DNA of 64,000 nt from Patescibacteria group bacterium. Lineage in GTDB: Bacteria; Patescibacteriota; Minisyncoccia; Phycocordibacterales; UBA1006. Location of the stretch: positions 2,809 through 66,808 of the forward strand of contig JAQBQS010000016.1 of assembly GCA_028286885.1 (NCBI GenBank), in the 5' to 3' direction. Within the stretch, counting starts at the first letter, position 1; every line of letters starts with the position of its first letter. Shown here piece after piece: positions 28,208-39,170 of this stretch. The notes under the pieces were generated by a model. It was not told the origin of the DNA. It did no database searches and saw nothing but the letters and a program-made list of their open reading frames with translations. The translations under genes and the position numbers were made by a program.

Positions 28208-29536
28208 CTAGCTTTTCTTCCACTTCCATTCCTTCATCGGCCCGTTGATAAATCCGACGAGCCGTTCCGAGAGCGGGGGTTGGAATGCGTAGGGAGCTAC
28301 TTGGTCAATTGAAATTGCGCCGCTGTTTAAATTTCTGACGATGTCTGAAAACTCGGACTCGTGTCGTTTGAAATTGCTGTCGAGCCAAATGACGCCTTGC
28401 GGATCAATATGACAATCGGCTTTCAAAAGCAACGAGTCCCAATCGCAGCTGTCGATGAACGGGAACCAGCACAGTCCGTGAAATGCAATGCCTGATTCCG
28501 AAAGCATGTCTTGAAGCTTTATGCATTCTTGGTACATATATATGAACCAAGAAATCCTGTCCGTAATCGTTCCGCGAATGTTCGTCTCGCTGATCATGAT
28601 CGGCAGCCGGTAACGCTCCGCATATTGCATTGCAACCTGTGCGCAGCCGATCGGCTGTTCGTTCTCTCGCCGGCGCACGCCTGACGGATCGTTTGCATCC
28701 TCGACATATTCGAATTCGCAGTGGGCATAGTAATCAAGTCCCAGCACGTCGATGATTACGGGCGAATGCGCGAAGCTTTCGATTTCCTCGCCGCTCATTC
28801 CTTTCCTGAACTGCTCGTACAATAGATGTTCATGATTTACTCTTCCAAGAAGCAGGTCGAGCAGTTGGAATCTTGTGTTGTTGCGATGTTCGGCGTACGC
28901 TGATGATTTCTCATCGAAGCCCCTGTGATATTCCGATGCATCAATGTAGACATGCGTGCAGCCGCGGTCTCGCAGCACATGACTGATGTCCCTGATCGCG
29001 AACGCCACGTTCCGAAGGCTTTTGTAAAAATGATCATCGTCCGCGTGGAACGGATACCAGATTCCCGCACGTTCGCAGAAAAATGTCGTGACCAAGGGTT
29101 CATTAATAATTGTGTATTTTTTTGCCCAAGGATACCTCGTCAGTAGGTGCTTGATGAAGCGCTCGTAGAGTTTGGGAAATCCGGAATTTGAAAATCCGCC
29201 CACGAGCCATCTTGGAAATGACGTGTGATGCAACGGATCCATGATGGGATCGAGCCCGAGCTCGCGTATCGCGTGCATATAGTTGTCGAGCCATGTCCAA
29301 TCATATCTGCCCGGCGCATATTCAATCCGATGCCAGGGAATTCCTGCACGGAATGTCGAGATTCCCGTTTTAGAGAGCAGTTTCAAATCTTCGGAATAAT
29401 ATTCGTAATGAAGCGTTTCCTCTAAAACGTCGCGCACGCCTTTGCGCGGTTCGCCCCTTTGGATAATGCGTGTTGTTTCAAAGCCTGTAATTATCGGGAA
29501 TGCGGGCTTTTTCTGTGGTGCCGTAGTATGTCTCAT
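28208..29536 (-). CDS. Glycoside hydrolase family 1-like protein
   Basis: IPWHRIE..PG.YDW, INEP (acid/base), GLDYY, ISET (nucleophile). Confidence 0.8.
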   Translation of the reverse strand: MRHTTAPQKKPAFPIITGFETTRIIQRGEPRKGVRDVLEETLHYEYYSEDLKLLSKTGISTFRAGIPWHRIEYAPGRYDWTWLDNYMHAIRELGLDPIMDPLHHTSFPRWLVGGFSNSGFPKLYERFIKHLLTRYPWAKKYTIINEPLVTTFFCERAGIWYPFHADDDHFYKSLRNVAFAIRDISHVLRDRGCTHVYIDASEYHRGFDEKSSAYAEHRNNTRFQLLDLLLGRVNHEHLLYEQFRKGMSGEEIESFAHSPVIIDVLGLDYYAHCEFEYVEDANDPSGVRRRENEQPIGCAQVAMQYAERYRLPIMISETNIRGTITDRISWFIYMYQECIKLQDMLSESGIAFHGLCWFPFIDSCDWDSLLLKADCHIDPQGVIWLDSNFKRHESEFSDIVRNLNSGAISIDQVAPYAFQPPLSERLVGFINGPMKEWKWKKS

Positions 29537-29709
29537 AATATTTTATTTTAATGGTACTGTTCTTTTTTAACTTATAAAAAGATGGATTTTTTGTCAAGAT
29601 TACTCGCAATTTATTGACATAAATCATTCCAAGTGCTACTTTAATATCAAGATAGTTGTTTAACATGCCAAACTGAACTGTCATTTCTTTACCTTCAATC
29701 CAGTTACTG

Positions 29710-30519
29710 ATGAAAAAATCACTCAGCCTTTTTGTTCTCGCGCTTGCCGGAGGAATATTCTTTTCCTCGTGCAGCAATAATGCCAACAGCTCATCGTATC
29801 AGTCGAGCACTGTCGCTCTCGATACGCCGCCGACCATTTCCCCGATTCCGCAAGAGCACGACAGGGCGAAGCTTTTTCAAAGAATGAGCGCGGCAAGGCG
29901 GTGCGCACTGCGCCTACTCGAAGAATACAAGCGCGATTCTGCCCTGAATCCGCAAATCGAAACAGTCGTAAAGTATGCCACGTTCTATAACGGGGAAATG
30001 CTTCCGGGAAGCACGAACATGGTTTATCATCCGCTTGATTCGTTTCGCACGCCGATGATGGTTGTTGCCGTTGACCCTTCCGGCATAGCAACTGTTAAAG
30101 GGTCAGACGCTTCCGCGGTGCTAATGCTTACTGTCGGGCCGTTTAAAACGGACATGTCGCCTCAAAGCATGAGCATACTAATCAACAGGCAATTGCTTTT
30201 TGAATTCGACACGCTCTATCTGGGTTCCGCACTGATCCACGAGGCCATCCATGTTCTCCAAGGACCTAATCGGGCAAGCATGGGAGACTTAGAGTTTGAG
30301 CCCTACGCGATTCAAACAAGAATACTGAAACATCACTTGTCTGTTGAGCAAAAAAAGATCTACGAACTACATTTGGCGGCACAGAAAAAGCTGCCTTATA
30401 ACGTGGCTCAACTAGACAAAGATAATTCTGGATGGATCACGGAGGTGTTCGGTTCCGCGAACGGATACATCGACAAGTTCGGCTTTGATGTTTACGGAAG
30501 CCGGTGGTACACCCACTGA
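29710..30519 (+). CDS. Lipoprotein with HExxH metallopeptidase-like motif
   Basis: FSSC lipobox; LIHEAIHVLQ...E.E.Y. Confidence 0.6.
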   Translation: MKKSLSLFVLALAGGIFFSSCSNNANSSSYQSSTVALDTPPTISPIPQEHDRAKLFQRMSAARRCALRLLEEYKRDSALNPQIETVVKYATFYNGEMLPGSTNMVYHPLDSFRTPMMVVAVDPSGIATVKGSDASAVLMLTVGPFKTDMSPQSMSILINRQLLFEFDTLYLGSALIHEAIHVLQGPNRASMGDLEFEPYAIQTRILKHHLSVEQKKIYELHLAAQKKLPYNVAQLDKDNSGWITEVFGSANGYIDKFGFDVYGSRWYTH

Positions 30520-30799
30520 CCGTGCTGAACGAAAGGAGATTATCACAAGAATAGCTCCCCCAAACCCGTCGGTTGTCGACGGGTTTTTATTTATCTTCCA
30601 ACGATCTCCACAGCATTTCAAACTTCGCTCGAACAGGTTGAATTTAAGAAGACGGAGCAAGATTGACAAAACGAATTATTATTGATAATGTCAACTCAAT
30701 TATAAGTTCCTTGTCATGGGGAATTATTCGTTGCGTCTTTCTTGCATTTCTTATGCAAGCGGAGATGGTGCGATTTTTTCAAACAATTAAAAAATAACA

Positions 30800-32353
30800 A
30801 TGGAAAAAGCATTACGAGGAGGAAAGGAGCTAGGTCTTCTTGAACTTCAACAACACGCCCAAAAGTTCGGTTATTCCATACCTGAATTCTTTGTATTGCC
30901 AGAAAGTGGCAACGAAGAGGAAATAGCTGGAATTTCCGATCACTTCAACGGCAAGAACGTTATTGTCCGGTCCAATTCTCTTATGGAGAATGCCGAGTTC
31001 GGCTTCGATGGAATCTACAAAACTATCGTTGTCGAAAACTGCAACCTGTCGAAACTCAAAGAAGCATGCAAAGAAGTCTCGGATTCACTGTTCTCCGAAA
31101 CTGCCATCGCATATCGCAGCAAGGCTGGGATTGCGCATGACTCCATAAGAGTAATCGTGCAAAAATTTATCGACCAGAGCGAAACCGGTTCCGGCAAGGA
31201 ACTGAAATATTTCGTTATGGAAACGTCGGTAAACGCTCAAGGTGATATTTCGATTGTAACAGGCAGCGAATACGACTTCGTTAATAGCGGTGCCGATTAC
31301 GAAGAAATGCTGCTTGATAAGGACGGAGAAACAATTATGGCCCCTAACAAATTCCTTCTTTTCGGAACAGAGCGAGTATTAACTAAGCTGCAGCAAATCG
31401 CAGCGGGACTTAATGGAGTATTCGGGCCTGTCTCCTTAGAGGGTTCATGCATCAGGAACAAAGAAACTCGCAATGTAGAAATCTTTTTGTTTCAGCGCAG
31501 GTTGCTGCCGAAAGAAATTTACCATGCGCAGCCGGAAACGGTCCCGGCCAAGTATGCCGACAGGGACATTTTATTCCGCTCAAGTACCTACAGAGGGGCG
31601 GGAAAGCTGGAAAACCTTCCCGTTATCGTGATGCCCGGAATAGACAAGGTGAGCGTTTGGGAAAACGAACTGCGCAGCCGCATCAGCCAATTCAAGTCTG
31701 ATGTGATTCTCTTCGTGCCATCGATGGCATTGGGCGTGCTGAGCGTAAAGATTCTCAATGACTACTCGGTATTGACGGGCGTCAAAGCGATTATCTCCCG
31801 CGAAAAAATCGATTATTCCTCCCACGCATTCAAAGTCGCATCTCTGGCGCGCATTCCGTTTGTCTCGATAGGAGATTTTTCTCGCGTTGAAACCGTTAGC
31901 GCCGGCTCCCTGTTTTTCACTGAAAACGAAGCCGTGTTCTGCATAGACGAGATACGGGATGAATTTAACTTTGTTCGCATCAAAAAGTCCGCTGCGGCAT
32001 CGCTGGCGACATTGCTGAAAAGGAAAGGAATCACGGTAAAATTTTCGGAAGAGGAACGAAAGCTCGGATTTCAGCTCGATCTTAATCATTTTTCGTTTGA
32101 CGAGCTCAAGGTCTCATTCCACAGACTGTTGGAGGACGTTTCCGGGGAGGTATGGCTATTAACCGGAAACGGCGTAAACATAGGCTTCGTGTGCGAGAAC
32201 TCAAAAGGCCACGTCATCAGGTATTCCGGATGGGCCAATTACCTCCACAAGGAAGGGCATATGAGGTTAGACAATTTCGACGAACGTTTTGAAAATAACC
32301 GGATTGAATGGAATCTGATTCAGAAGATCGCCGTGCAGCTTGATGGAGCCTGA
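30800..32353 (+). CDS. PEP/pyruvate-binding (PPDK N-like) domain protein
   Basis: GGK...L, IPEFFV, IVRSNS..E....F.G.Y.T, VIVQKFI, FQRR, SHA...A. Confidence 0.6.
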   Translation: MEKALRGGKELGLLELQQHAQKFGYSIPEFFVLPESGNEEEIAGISDHFNGKNVIVRSNSLMENAEFGFDGIYKTIVVENCNLSKLKEACKEVSDSLFSETAIAYRSKAGIAHDSIRVIVQKFIDQSETGSGKELKYFVMETSVNAQGDISIVTGSEYDFVNSGADYEEMLLDKDGETIMAPNKFLLFGTERVLTKLQQIAAGLNGVFGPVSLEGSCIRNKETRNVEIFLFQRRLLPKEIYHAQPETVPAKYADRDILFRSSTYRGAGKLENLPVIVMPGIDKVSVWENELRSRISQFKSDVILFVPSMALGVLSVKILNDYSVLTGVKAIISREKIDYSSHAFKVASLARIPFVSIGDFSRVETVSAGSLFFTENEAVFCIDEIRDEFNFVRIKKSAAASLATLLKRKGITVKFSEEERKLGFQLDLNHFSFDELKVSFHRLLEDVSGEVWLLTGNGVNIGFVCENSKGHVIRYSGWANYLHKEGHMRLDNFDERFENNRIEWNLIQKIAVQLDGA

Positions 32354-32397
32354 AAGCTCTTTGAACCGACTCATTCGTGAGCGGTTTTTTATTTCCT

Positions 32398-33321
32398 TCA
32401 ACCAATCCCAAGAAGCTCGGAAAGCTTTTTCTTGGACCGTTCGTACTTGTCTTGTTGATTTGAATACGCGTAGAAGCTCAGGCTTCCGAGTCCGATGTAC
32501 GCCTGGTAGCACAGTACGCGCTTGCGGAAATCGGGAATGTCTTCTTCCTTCAGGTTATGAAAATCCAGATATGCCTGTTCGTAATCGAAATCTTTCGTGA
32601 AGAACTGCATCCATGAGACGTCGTAAAGGAAGTCTCCGTACATCGAGTTCGCCCAGTCGATCACCCCCGTTACTTTTCCGTCCTTGGCCAGCACGTTGTC
32701 AAAGTTGTAATCCGAGTGGACGAGATATCTGACTTCGGGGCAGGCCGGAACCAGCTCCGCGTATTTGCCGTAGGCTTCGTTCCAGAAGTCTTTCTCCAAG
32801 ATGGAATTTTCAAAAAGACTTTCGGCGAATTCATCGACGTCGAGCAAGACGCCTTTCCATGTCTTATGCTTCGCCTTTCCGTCGGCGTCCCAATCGCCGT
32901 ATCCTTCGCTCTCGGATATGTCGGTCTTGTGAACGGAGTCGAGCGTTCCCAAGAGGCTCGGAAGCGACTCGTCGAATTCTTGATCCGAAAGATCTTTGAA
33001 AAGGGAACCTTCGATTTTTTGGGATATCGCGAAATGGTTGCCGTCCGGCAAGGTTCCGATCTCCTTGATTTCCGGAATCGGAAGCGCCGCCGACTTGAAA
33101 TGAACATAAGCGTAGAGGTCTTTCTTGAATGCGCGATCGCCATGCTTGTTTACGCGAAGGATGAGATGTTCTCCGTCGATTGCGAAGCTGAAGGCCTGCG
33201 AGCCTTCGCCCCCTGAAATGGCAGAAAGGTCGGAAACGGGCTTTCCGTAATGAGAAGCTAAAAAAGACTCGGCTTCGTCGAGGCTTACGCGCGTTTTATG
33301 GGTAGATGATGATGTGTCCAT
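32398..33321 (-). CDS. Aminoglycoside phosphotransferase family protein
   Basis: GGEGSQAF, LVHSDYNFDNVL, GVIDW....GDFLYD. Confidence 0.85.
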   Translation of the reverse strand: MDTSSSTHKTRVSLDEAESFLASHYGKPVSDLSAISGGEGSQAFSFAIDGEHLILRVNKHGDRAFKKDLYAYVHFKSAALPIPEIKEIGTLPDGNHFAISQKIEGSLFKDLSDQEFDESLPSLLGTLDSVHKTDISESEGYGDWDADGKAKHKTWKGVLLDVDEFAESLFENSILEKDFWNEAYGKYAELVPACPEVRYLVHSDYNFDNVLAKDGKVTGVIDWANSMYGDFLYDVSWMQFFTKDFDYEQAYLDFHNLKEEDIPDFRKRVLCYQAYIGLGSLSFYAYSNQQDKYERSKKKLSELLGIG

Positions 33322-33351
33322 ATGGATTTCTTTTAGAAATAAGAATTGCTT

Positions 33352-33603
33352 TTATCGATGAATGCATCCCGCCCAGCAGCACGGCCGGCGCATACCTTTG
33401 CGCATCTTGTCGAGTCCGACTTCAATGCGGTGGGCGCGGGTCTCTTCCTTCTTTGCGGAAGTAACCCAGCAAATCCATTCGTTGCGGGCCAAGGGAGTTA
33501 TGTCCTGCCATACGTCCTTCACCTTGGAGTCCGAAGCGATAGCCTTCTTGAAATCATTCGGCAGCGTATGGACAGTTCCGTTCGGAAGAGAATTCTTGGT
33601 CAT
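33352..33603 (-). CDS. YdeI/OmpD-associated family protein
   Basis: ITPLARNEWICWVTSAKKEETR..R...RRPCCWAGC. Confidence 0.85.
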   Translation of the reverse strand: MTKNSLPNGTVHTLPNDFKKAIASDSKVKDVWQDITPLARNEWICWVTSAKKEETRAHRIEVGLDKMRKGMRRPCCWAGCIHR

Positions 33604-33669
33604 GGACGCAGTTTAGCAGGAAAAGGCTTTCTTGAAAATTTGTAATAAATGGCATAAGAAAAACAGCCC

Positions 33670-34314
33670 CTACGTCGGGACTGCTTCAAGTACTTCGATC
33701 GCCGTTGTAATCTTGGCAACGAGCGTTTCCATCGTCTCGCTTTGAATCTTGGAAAACATCGGCAGATAGATTGATGTCGTCTCGAGAATCTGGCTGGCTG
33801 CCCATTTCGTCTGGGGAGGAAGCGTGCGCAAGTTGTGCAGGCGGTCGACGGCTTTCAGAATCTGTGCATCCCCATCCTTGGCAAGTTCTGTGATATAGAA
33901 CTGGTACCATTCCTCTTTCGTATGGAAACGGATCTTGTCTTCCGACGGCTTGGTCAATGTCGTAACAAGTTTTGCAACGCGTTCTCCGAAGACGAGCGTG
34001 ATGCGGAACGTTGCAATTCTGATGAACTCGTCATATGAGCCTTTCACGTTTCCGAGAAGCGGCGAATCCTCGCCAACGTCATGTAGGAGAAATGCAATCA
34101 ACAAATCGCGATCATAGATTCCAAGTTCGTCCATGAGGATGATGCATCCAGCGCGAGGGTGTTCGAAATAACGACCACCGAGTTTGCGACTGTGCGTGCG
34201 GTGCGCTTCCTTGGACAAATCGTAGGCGAACATGATCAAGTCGATGTCATGTGCGGACATCTTGCTGATCAGGCGATCCATAAATGTTTGTCGTGTTTCG
34301 TTGATTTTTTTCAT
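33670..34314 (-). CDS. HD-domain (p)ppGpp hydrolase-like protein (small alarmone hydrolase type)
   Basis: AH....R..G.RY..HP, LLHDVGED, KAVDRLHNLR. Confidence 0.75.
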   Translation of the reverse strand: MKKINETRQTFMDRLISKMSAHDIDLIMFAYDLSKEAHRTHSRKLGGRYFEHPRAGCIILMDELGIYDRDLLIAFLLHDVGEDSPLLGNVKGSYDEFIRIATFRITLVFGERVAKLVTTLTKPSEDKIRFHTKEEWYQFYITELAKDGDAQILKAVDRLHNLRTLPPQTKWAASQILETTSIYLPMFSKIQSETMETLVAKITTAIEVLEAVPT

Positions 34315-34553
34315 ACATGTGTTGGGTTAGAGGTTGTTAATAGAGGGCACCATGTCGGGACTTCTGATTCGTTGCGAGTGTTGTAAGGCCTGCATGCGGT
34401 TGTGATGTTCTGGTTTGCCTTCGTGCAGTAGACCCTTACATCGTCGTCGCAGAACCAATCGTCAGGATCCGGATCGGCAAGCACCTTGTGGAAGGGGCAG
34501 TCCATGCAGTTGCTGATGTTGAGCGTTGCTTGCGGCTGTTGTTTTTCTTGCAT
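34311..34553 (-). CDS. Small Cys-rich hypothetical protein
   Basis: CMDCPF...DWFCDDD...C...C...WCPL; stop overlaps HD gene start. Confidence 0.6.
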   Translation of the reverse strand: MQEKQQPQATLNISNCMDCPFHKVLADPDPDDWFCDDDVRVYCTKANQNITTACRPYNTRNESEVPTWCPLLTTSNPTHV

Positions 34554-34729
34554 AGTTAGTTTTTTTGTTGAAAGAATGGGTTACGTTTTCACTCTAACAG
34601 TAAAAAACAACTTGTAATCAAGAAAAGTACAGTTTTTAGCCGGCGCATTAAAAAACTATTTACTTATATAGGTAGATAAGTTATATTATAAGTATCATTT
34701 TGTAAAAAAACATTTACAAACTATTACTT

Positions 34730-35485
34730 ATGAAATACTTGGAATCATTTAAAAAGCTTGGAATGACAGCCGATCAATCAAAGATCTATGAGGTTTTGGT
34801 TGCAATTCCGCTTGCGCCTGCGCGCATGATCGCGCAGAAAGCTCGCGTGGGCAGGGAGCTGACGTACGTTGTCCTCGGCCAGCTCGAGAATCTCGGACTT
34901 GTTGAGCGTTCAACGCAAGGCAAGATTATCTTGTTTCGCGCCAAGAATCCGCGGACGATTAAAAAACTTGTCGAAGAGAAGGAAGAAGAGGCATCAAGCG
35001 CACACAAAGCCTATCAAGATATCATCGGAAACTTGGTGAGCGATTACAACATGAACCACGGCAAGCCGTTCATTCGGTTTTACGAAGGCCTCGACGGACT
35101 GCAGAAAACATACGAGCATATCTTGAAGCATGCCAAGACGGTGTATGTGATCCGTTCGCTCTTTGATTATGAGCATGCCGAAATTCGGTCTGCGGTCGTT
35201 GCGCAGCTCGAAGCCCAGGCGAAAAAGGGAATCAGATCGTACGTCATCAGTCCGAAGCTCGACCACATGGGCTCTGAAAAAGTGACCCATAACATGACGC
35301 GCAACATCACGCGAAAGGTCGTTCCAAAGGAAAAGCTGACGCTGCCTTCGCAGATCGTGATTTATAACAATACCGTCAGTATTACCTCCATGAAAAAAGA
35401 AATCATTACTACAGTGATTGAAAACGACGATATTGCCCAAACATTCAAGAAGCTGTTCGATTATTTGTGGGAATCGGAAGTTTAA
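34730..35485 (+). CDS. TrmB-family transcriptional regulator
   Basis: LGMT..Q.KIY..L wHTH; IRFYEGLDG; IYNNTVSI. Confidence 0.8.
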   Translation: MKYLESFKKLGMTADQSKIYEVLVAIPLAPARMIAQKARVGRELTYVVLGQLENLGLVERSTQGKIILFRAKNPRTIKKLVEEKEEEASSAHKAYQDIIGNLVSDYNMNHGKPFIRFYEGLDGLQKTYEHILKHAKTVYVIRSLFDYEHAEIRSAVVAQLEAQAKKGIRSYVISPKLDHMGSEKVTHNMTRNITRKVVPKEKLTLPSQIVIYNNTVSITSMKKEIITTVIENDDIAQTFKKLFDYLWESEV

Positions 35486-35540
35486 TATAACGACATATAT
35501 TTATTGTTTTACGATAAACTATATGCTACAGTATTCTTGT

Positions 35541-36023
35541 ATGAAACAAAAATCAACCCTTTTCCTCAAAGCCGTCATTGTCATCTTTGGTCTTGCCGTG
35601 CTCGCATTGTGCGTTTTTGCCTTGCCGACCCTGTTCCATGGTCCGGTTGCGGCATATCCCGGTATGCCGTATGCCGAAACGTTTATCGGAATCATCATGT
35701 ATGCCGCGGCGATCCCGTTTTACATCGCGCTTTATCAAGGTTTCAAGTTATTAAACTATATCGATGCCAACAAGGCGTTTTCCGAATGGTCCGTCAAATC
35801 CCTCGGAATCATCAAGTACTGCGCGATTGCGGTCAGCGTTTTGTATTTTGGAATGCTGCCATTCCTGTATCCGATGGTCCAAGTCGAGGACTCGCCGGGC
35901 CTCATGCTGTTTGCGACGGTGTTTGCGACCGCGCCGCTCGTGATTGCGGTATTTGCGGCGGTTTTGCAAAAGTTGTTGCGAAGCGCGATTGATCTGAAAT
36001 CAGAGAACGATCTAACCGTTTAA
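35541..36023 (+). CDS. DUF2975 membrane protein
   Basis: STLFLK...AFS..SV.SL..IKYCA...AVLQKLL..AIDLKSENDLTV. Confidence 0.88.
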   Translation: MKQKSTLFLKAVIVIFGLAVLALCVFALPTLFHGPVAAYPGMPYAETFIGIIMYAAAIPFYIALYQGFKLLNYIDANKAFSEWSVKSLGIIKYCAIAVSVLYFGMLPFLYPMVQVEDSPGLMLFATVFATAPLVIAVFAAVLQKLLRSAIDLKSENDLTV

Positions 36024-36027
36024 TTTT

Positions 36028-36237
36028 ATGGCAATCATCATCAATATCGACGTCATGCTCGCAAAAAGAAAGATGAGCGTTACCGAACTTGCAGAGAGAG
36101 TCGGAATAACCATGGCTAACATTTCGATTCTCAAAAATGCGAAGGCAAAGGCGATTCGGTTATCGACTTTGGAATCTATCTGCCGGGCATTGGAATGCCA
36201 GCCGGGAGACATTTTGGAGTACAAGCCGAATATATAA
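36028..36237 (+). CDS. Cro/C1-type HTH regulator (YozG-like)
   Basis: MAIIINIDVMLAKRKMSVTELAERVGIT.AN.SILK...CQPGDILEY; usual partner of DUF2975. Confidence 0.92.
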   Translation: MAIIINIDVMLAKRKMSVTELAERVGITMANISILKNAKAKAIRLSTLESICRALECQPGDILEYKPNI

Positions 36238-36255
36238 ATATGCTATCCTAAAAGC

Positions 36256-37029
36256 ATGGAAAAAGAACCTAAAAAGCAAGGGAGAGATTTGATCAAGAAG
36301 GCAACGCTCTTCGTACCGACGATACTTGCCATGCATAATATAGAAGAGGCGAAAACAGTGCCTACACATCTCGATAATATGAATCCGTCGCATAATGAGG
36401 CGGCTTCAACGTACATCGAAAAGAGATCCGAGAAAGATGTTCCCTATCAGGAGGCGCTCGCGGCGCATGGACCTGATTCATTGCATATTGAAAAACAGGA
36501 TACGCATGCACAAGAGGGACAGACCGCAAATAGCAATACAGCTGAGACACACAACCCGCAGCCGGAGAGCACAGCTACAACTCCTGATGTTTCCAAGACG
36601 CCAGAACCTTCCCCTGCGCGAGCTGTTGAATCGCATCCTTCGGTTGAGATTGCTCCAAACGAAGTTCTCGGCTATCTCACGAAAATCATCAAGAAGGAGC
36701 TTCCGTTTATCTGCAAGCTCAAGGACATAACCGTCGAAGGATCCGACAACGGCAACAGCCTCAAGATCAAAGTCGTCGTCGGAGCTTTTGGAACAGAAGC
36801 GACCTATACGGGAGATTTGATAGGAAACAAAACTCTTGCCATCCAAAACGGTGTGCTTTTGCCGCAATCTGCCGAAAATACAGCAGGAAACACCGTCAGG
36901 TCCAAGCTCGCAAAAGCGCTCGAAGAACTTACGCGCCAGCTCAAGGAAAAGTACACAGGATCGCATCCGGGCTCGATTGCCGGACTTACGACAAGGGACG
37001 GAAAGCTCGCGATTGATTTTGAAAAATAA
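36256..37029 (+). CDS. Hypothetical protein
   Basis: 257-aa ORF with low-complexity linker. Confidence 0.6.
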   Translation: MEKEPKKQGRDLIKKATLFVPTILAMHNIEEAKTVPTHLDNMNPSHNEAASTYIEKRSEKDVPYQEALAAHGPDSLHIEKQDTHAQEGQTANSNTAETHNPQPESTATTPDVSKTPEPSPARAVESHPSVEIAPNEVLGYLTKIIKKELPFICKLKDITVEGSDNGNSLKIKVVVGAFGTEATYTGDLIGNKTLAIQNGVLLPQSAENTAGNTVRSKLAKALEELTRQLKEKYTGSHPGSIAGLTTRDGKLAIDFEK

Positions 37030-37118
37030 AAAAGCTAATTTGAAAAGAAAACGCTCGGGATTTTCCTTGAGCGTTTTCTTGTTCCTAAGGGAGGCAACGT
37101 TTGTGTTATGATTTAATC

Positions 37119-37679
37119 ATGAATAAAAAAACCGGCGGAGTTATTATCGCACTATTAGTAATCCTGATCGCGCTTGTTGCGTACGGGGTATTCAAGCCTA
37201 AACAGGTCAGTGTAAGTCCGGTTTTTGATGTTCCGACACAGGAAACGCCTATGATTCCCGCACAGCCGCAGACAGCTACCATTGTAGCTCCCTCTACTCC
37301 GTCCGCCGCAATTGCGCAAAACGCAAAGTTGTACAAAGCTTCGGGATTCTCGTTTCAATACGACAAGGACGCGACAGTCGAAGTTCAGTCGTATTCGTCA
37401 GGCTCCCTGTTTTATAACGTCTTCAAAGTCGGCGGCGTCATGGAATGGACGAGGTTGTTCAATGAAAAAATTACGTCATACGAATCATTCTGCGGTCCCG
37501 GAAATCCTACTCACACGTTTATCGCCAACAACAAGACATTTACCTACTGCGATTCGAGAGGCGAGCCGGGACGAACCTATTTCTACGAGAAAAACGGCAA
37601 GACCGTCATGATCAGCACGCAGGGAACCAACGGAAAGGCGTATTCCAACATCATTCCGGAATCTGTAGAGATAGATTAA
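37119..37679 (+). CDS. Hypothetical membrane-anchored exported protein
   Basis: N-terminal TM, Pro/Thr linker, GFSFQY motif. Confidence 0.65.
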   Translation: MNKKTGGVIIALLVILIALVAYGVFKPKQVSVSPVFDVPTQETPMIPAQPQTATIVAPSTPSAAIAQNAKLYKASGFSFQYDKDATVEVQSYSSGSLFYNVFKVGGVMEWTRLFNEKITSYESFCGPGNPTHTFIANNKTFTYCDSRGEPGRTYFYEKNGKTVMISTQGTNGKAYSNIIPESVEID

Positions 37680-37712
37680 GTTATTTATTCAAATTAAGAT
37701 CATTACATTCTT

Positions 37713-38618
37713 ATGCAAAAAATCATTCCTCATCTTTGGTTCGACAAGGAAGCCAAAGAAGCCGCAGAGTTTTACGTTTCCGTTTTCCCCGATTCGAAAA
37801 TCACGTCCGCAACCGTTTTGCACAACACTCCTTCGGGCGATTGCGACATGCTGTCGTTTGATTTGTGGGGATATTCGTTCATGGCGATCAGCGCGGGACC
37901 GATCTTCAAACTCAATCCGTCGATTTCGTTCATGGTTAATTTTGATCCGTCGCGCGATCCTGACGCCGCGAAGCATCTTGGTGAAATGTGGGAGAAATTA
38001 TCCGAAGGAGGAAAGGCACTCATGCCTCTCGGCGAATATCCGTTCAGCAAGAAATACGGATGGATACAGGACAGATATGGCGTGACGTGGCAGCTCATTC
38101 TGACGAATCCGAATGGCGAGCCTCGTCCGAATATTGTACCCTCGATCATGTTTGTCGGCGACAACACAGGCAAGGCGGAAGCCGCGACTTATTTCTACAT
38201 GTCGGTGTTCAAGGATTCAAAGCGCGGAACGCTTGCGCATTATCCCGCGGGAATGAAGCCTGATCCGGAAAGCTCGGTAATGTTTACGGACTTCCAGATC
38301 CTCGGCCAGTGGTTTGCCGCAATGGACAGCGGACGAAATCATGATTTCAAATTGAACGAAGCGATTTCATTCTTGGTAAATTGCGAAACGCAGGAAGAAA
38401 TCGATTACTACTGGGACAAGCTGTCCAATGTGCCCGAATCCGAGATGTGCGGATGGTGCAAGGACGCGTACGGATTGTCATGGCAGATTAATCCGGCCAT
38501 CATGAACGAGATTTTCAAAAACGGGACCGAGGAACAGATTGCTCGCGTTACCCAGGCATTCTTGAAAATGAAGAAATTCGATCTCGCGGAGATTGAGCGC
38601 GCTTATCGAGAAGGGTAG
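37713..38618 (+). CDS. VOC family protein (tandem PhnB-like domains)
   Basis: KIIPHLWFD..A.EAA.FY, YGWIQDRYGVTWQ, CGWCKDAYGLSWQ. Confidence 0.9.
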   Translation: MQKIIPHLWFDKEAKEAAEFYVSVFPDSKITSATVLHNTPSGDCDMLSFDLWGYSFMAISAGPIFKLNPSISFMVNFDPSRDPDAAKHLGEMWEKLSEGGKALMPLGEYPFSKKYGWIQDRYGVTWQLILTNPNGEPRPNIVPSIMFVGDNTGKAEAATYFYMSVFKDSKRGTLAHYPAGMKPDPESSVMFTDFQILGQWFAAMDSGRNHDFKLNEAISFLVNCETQEEIDYYWDKLSNVPESEMCGWCKDAYGLSWQINPAIMNEIFKNGTEEQIARVTQAFLKMKKFDLAEIERAYREG

Positions 38619-38693
38619 ATATAAACTCTTGACAATATATTTTAAATATGATATATCAGTCAGGTAAGTTATTTAAAAACAAAATAAACCAAT

Positions 38694-39068
38694 ATGAACT
38701 TAAACCCGCAAACAATCAACATTTTTGTCCTAAGGAAAGGATTCTACGAGGCGGTCATATCGACCAAGGATGACATCAGCCGCAGCCATGAAGAAAAACT
38801 GACGCTCGAGCTCGAATCTGCAAAACCGTGGAAGCGCGGCCTTCACTCGGGCCAGTTCGGTTCCTTCAGCGCCCCAAACGAAGAGATACCAAAGTACAAT
38901 GATGATGACTATTACTTCCTCAACATTAAGGATATCTTAGGAGAGAAGAAACCTATTTATCTGGCGCTCGAAAAGCAGCATGTAGAAGATGGAGGCGAGC
39001 ACTTCGCGAGCGATATCAGAAGTTCTCTGGGAAACCATAGGTCAAGAATGCTTCTCTTTGTGGACTAA
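38694..39068 (+). CDS. Hypothetical protein
   Basis: 124-aa ORF with TTGACA promoter and terminator. Confidence 0.55.
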   Translation: MNLNPQTINIFVLRKGFYEAVISTKDDISRSHEEKLTLELESAKPWKRGLHSGQFGSFSAPNEEIPKYNDDDYYFLNIKDILGEKKPIYLALEKQHVEDGGEHFASDIRSSLGNHRSRMLLFVD

Positions 39069-39170
39069 AAGCTGATGCAACAAACAGAAACCCTTGCTTT
39101 TCAAGCGAGGGTTTTTTATTTGCATTTCCAAATTAAAAAACGCACAAGACAATCCTTGTGCGTTTGTGTT

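Noticed and set aside
32398-33321. Bona fide antibiotic-resistance gene
   Set aside because: APH-family kinase motifs alone do not establish the substrate
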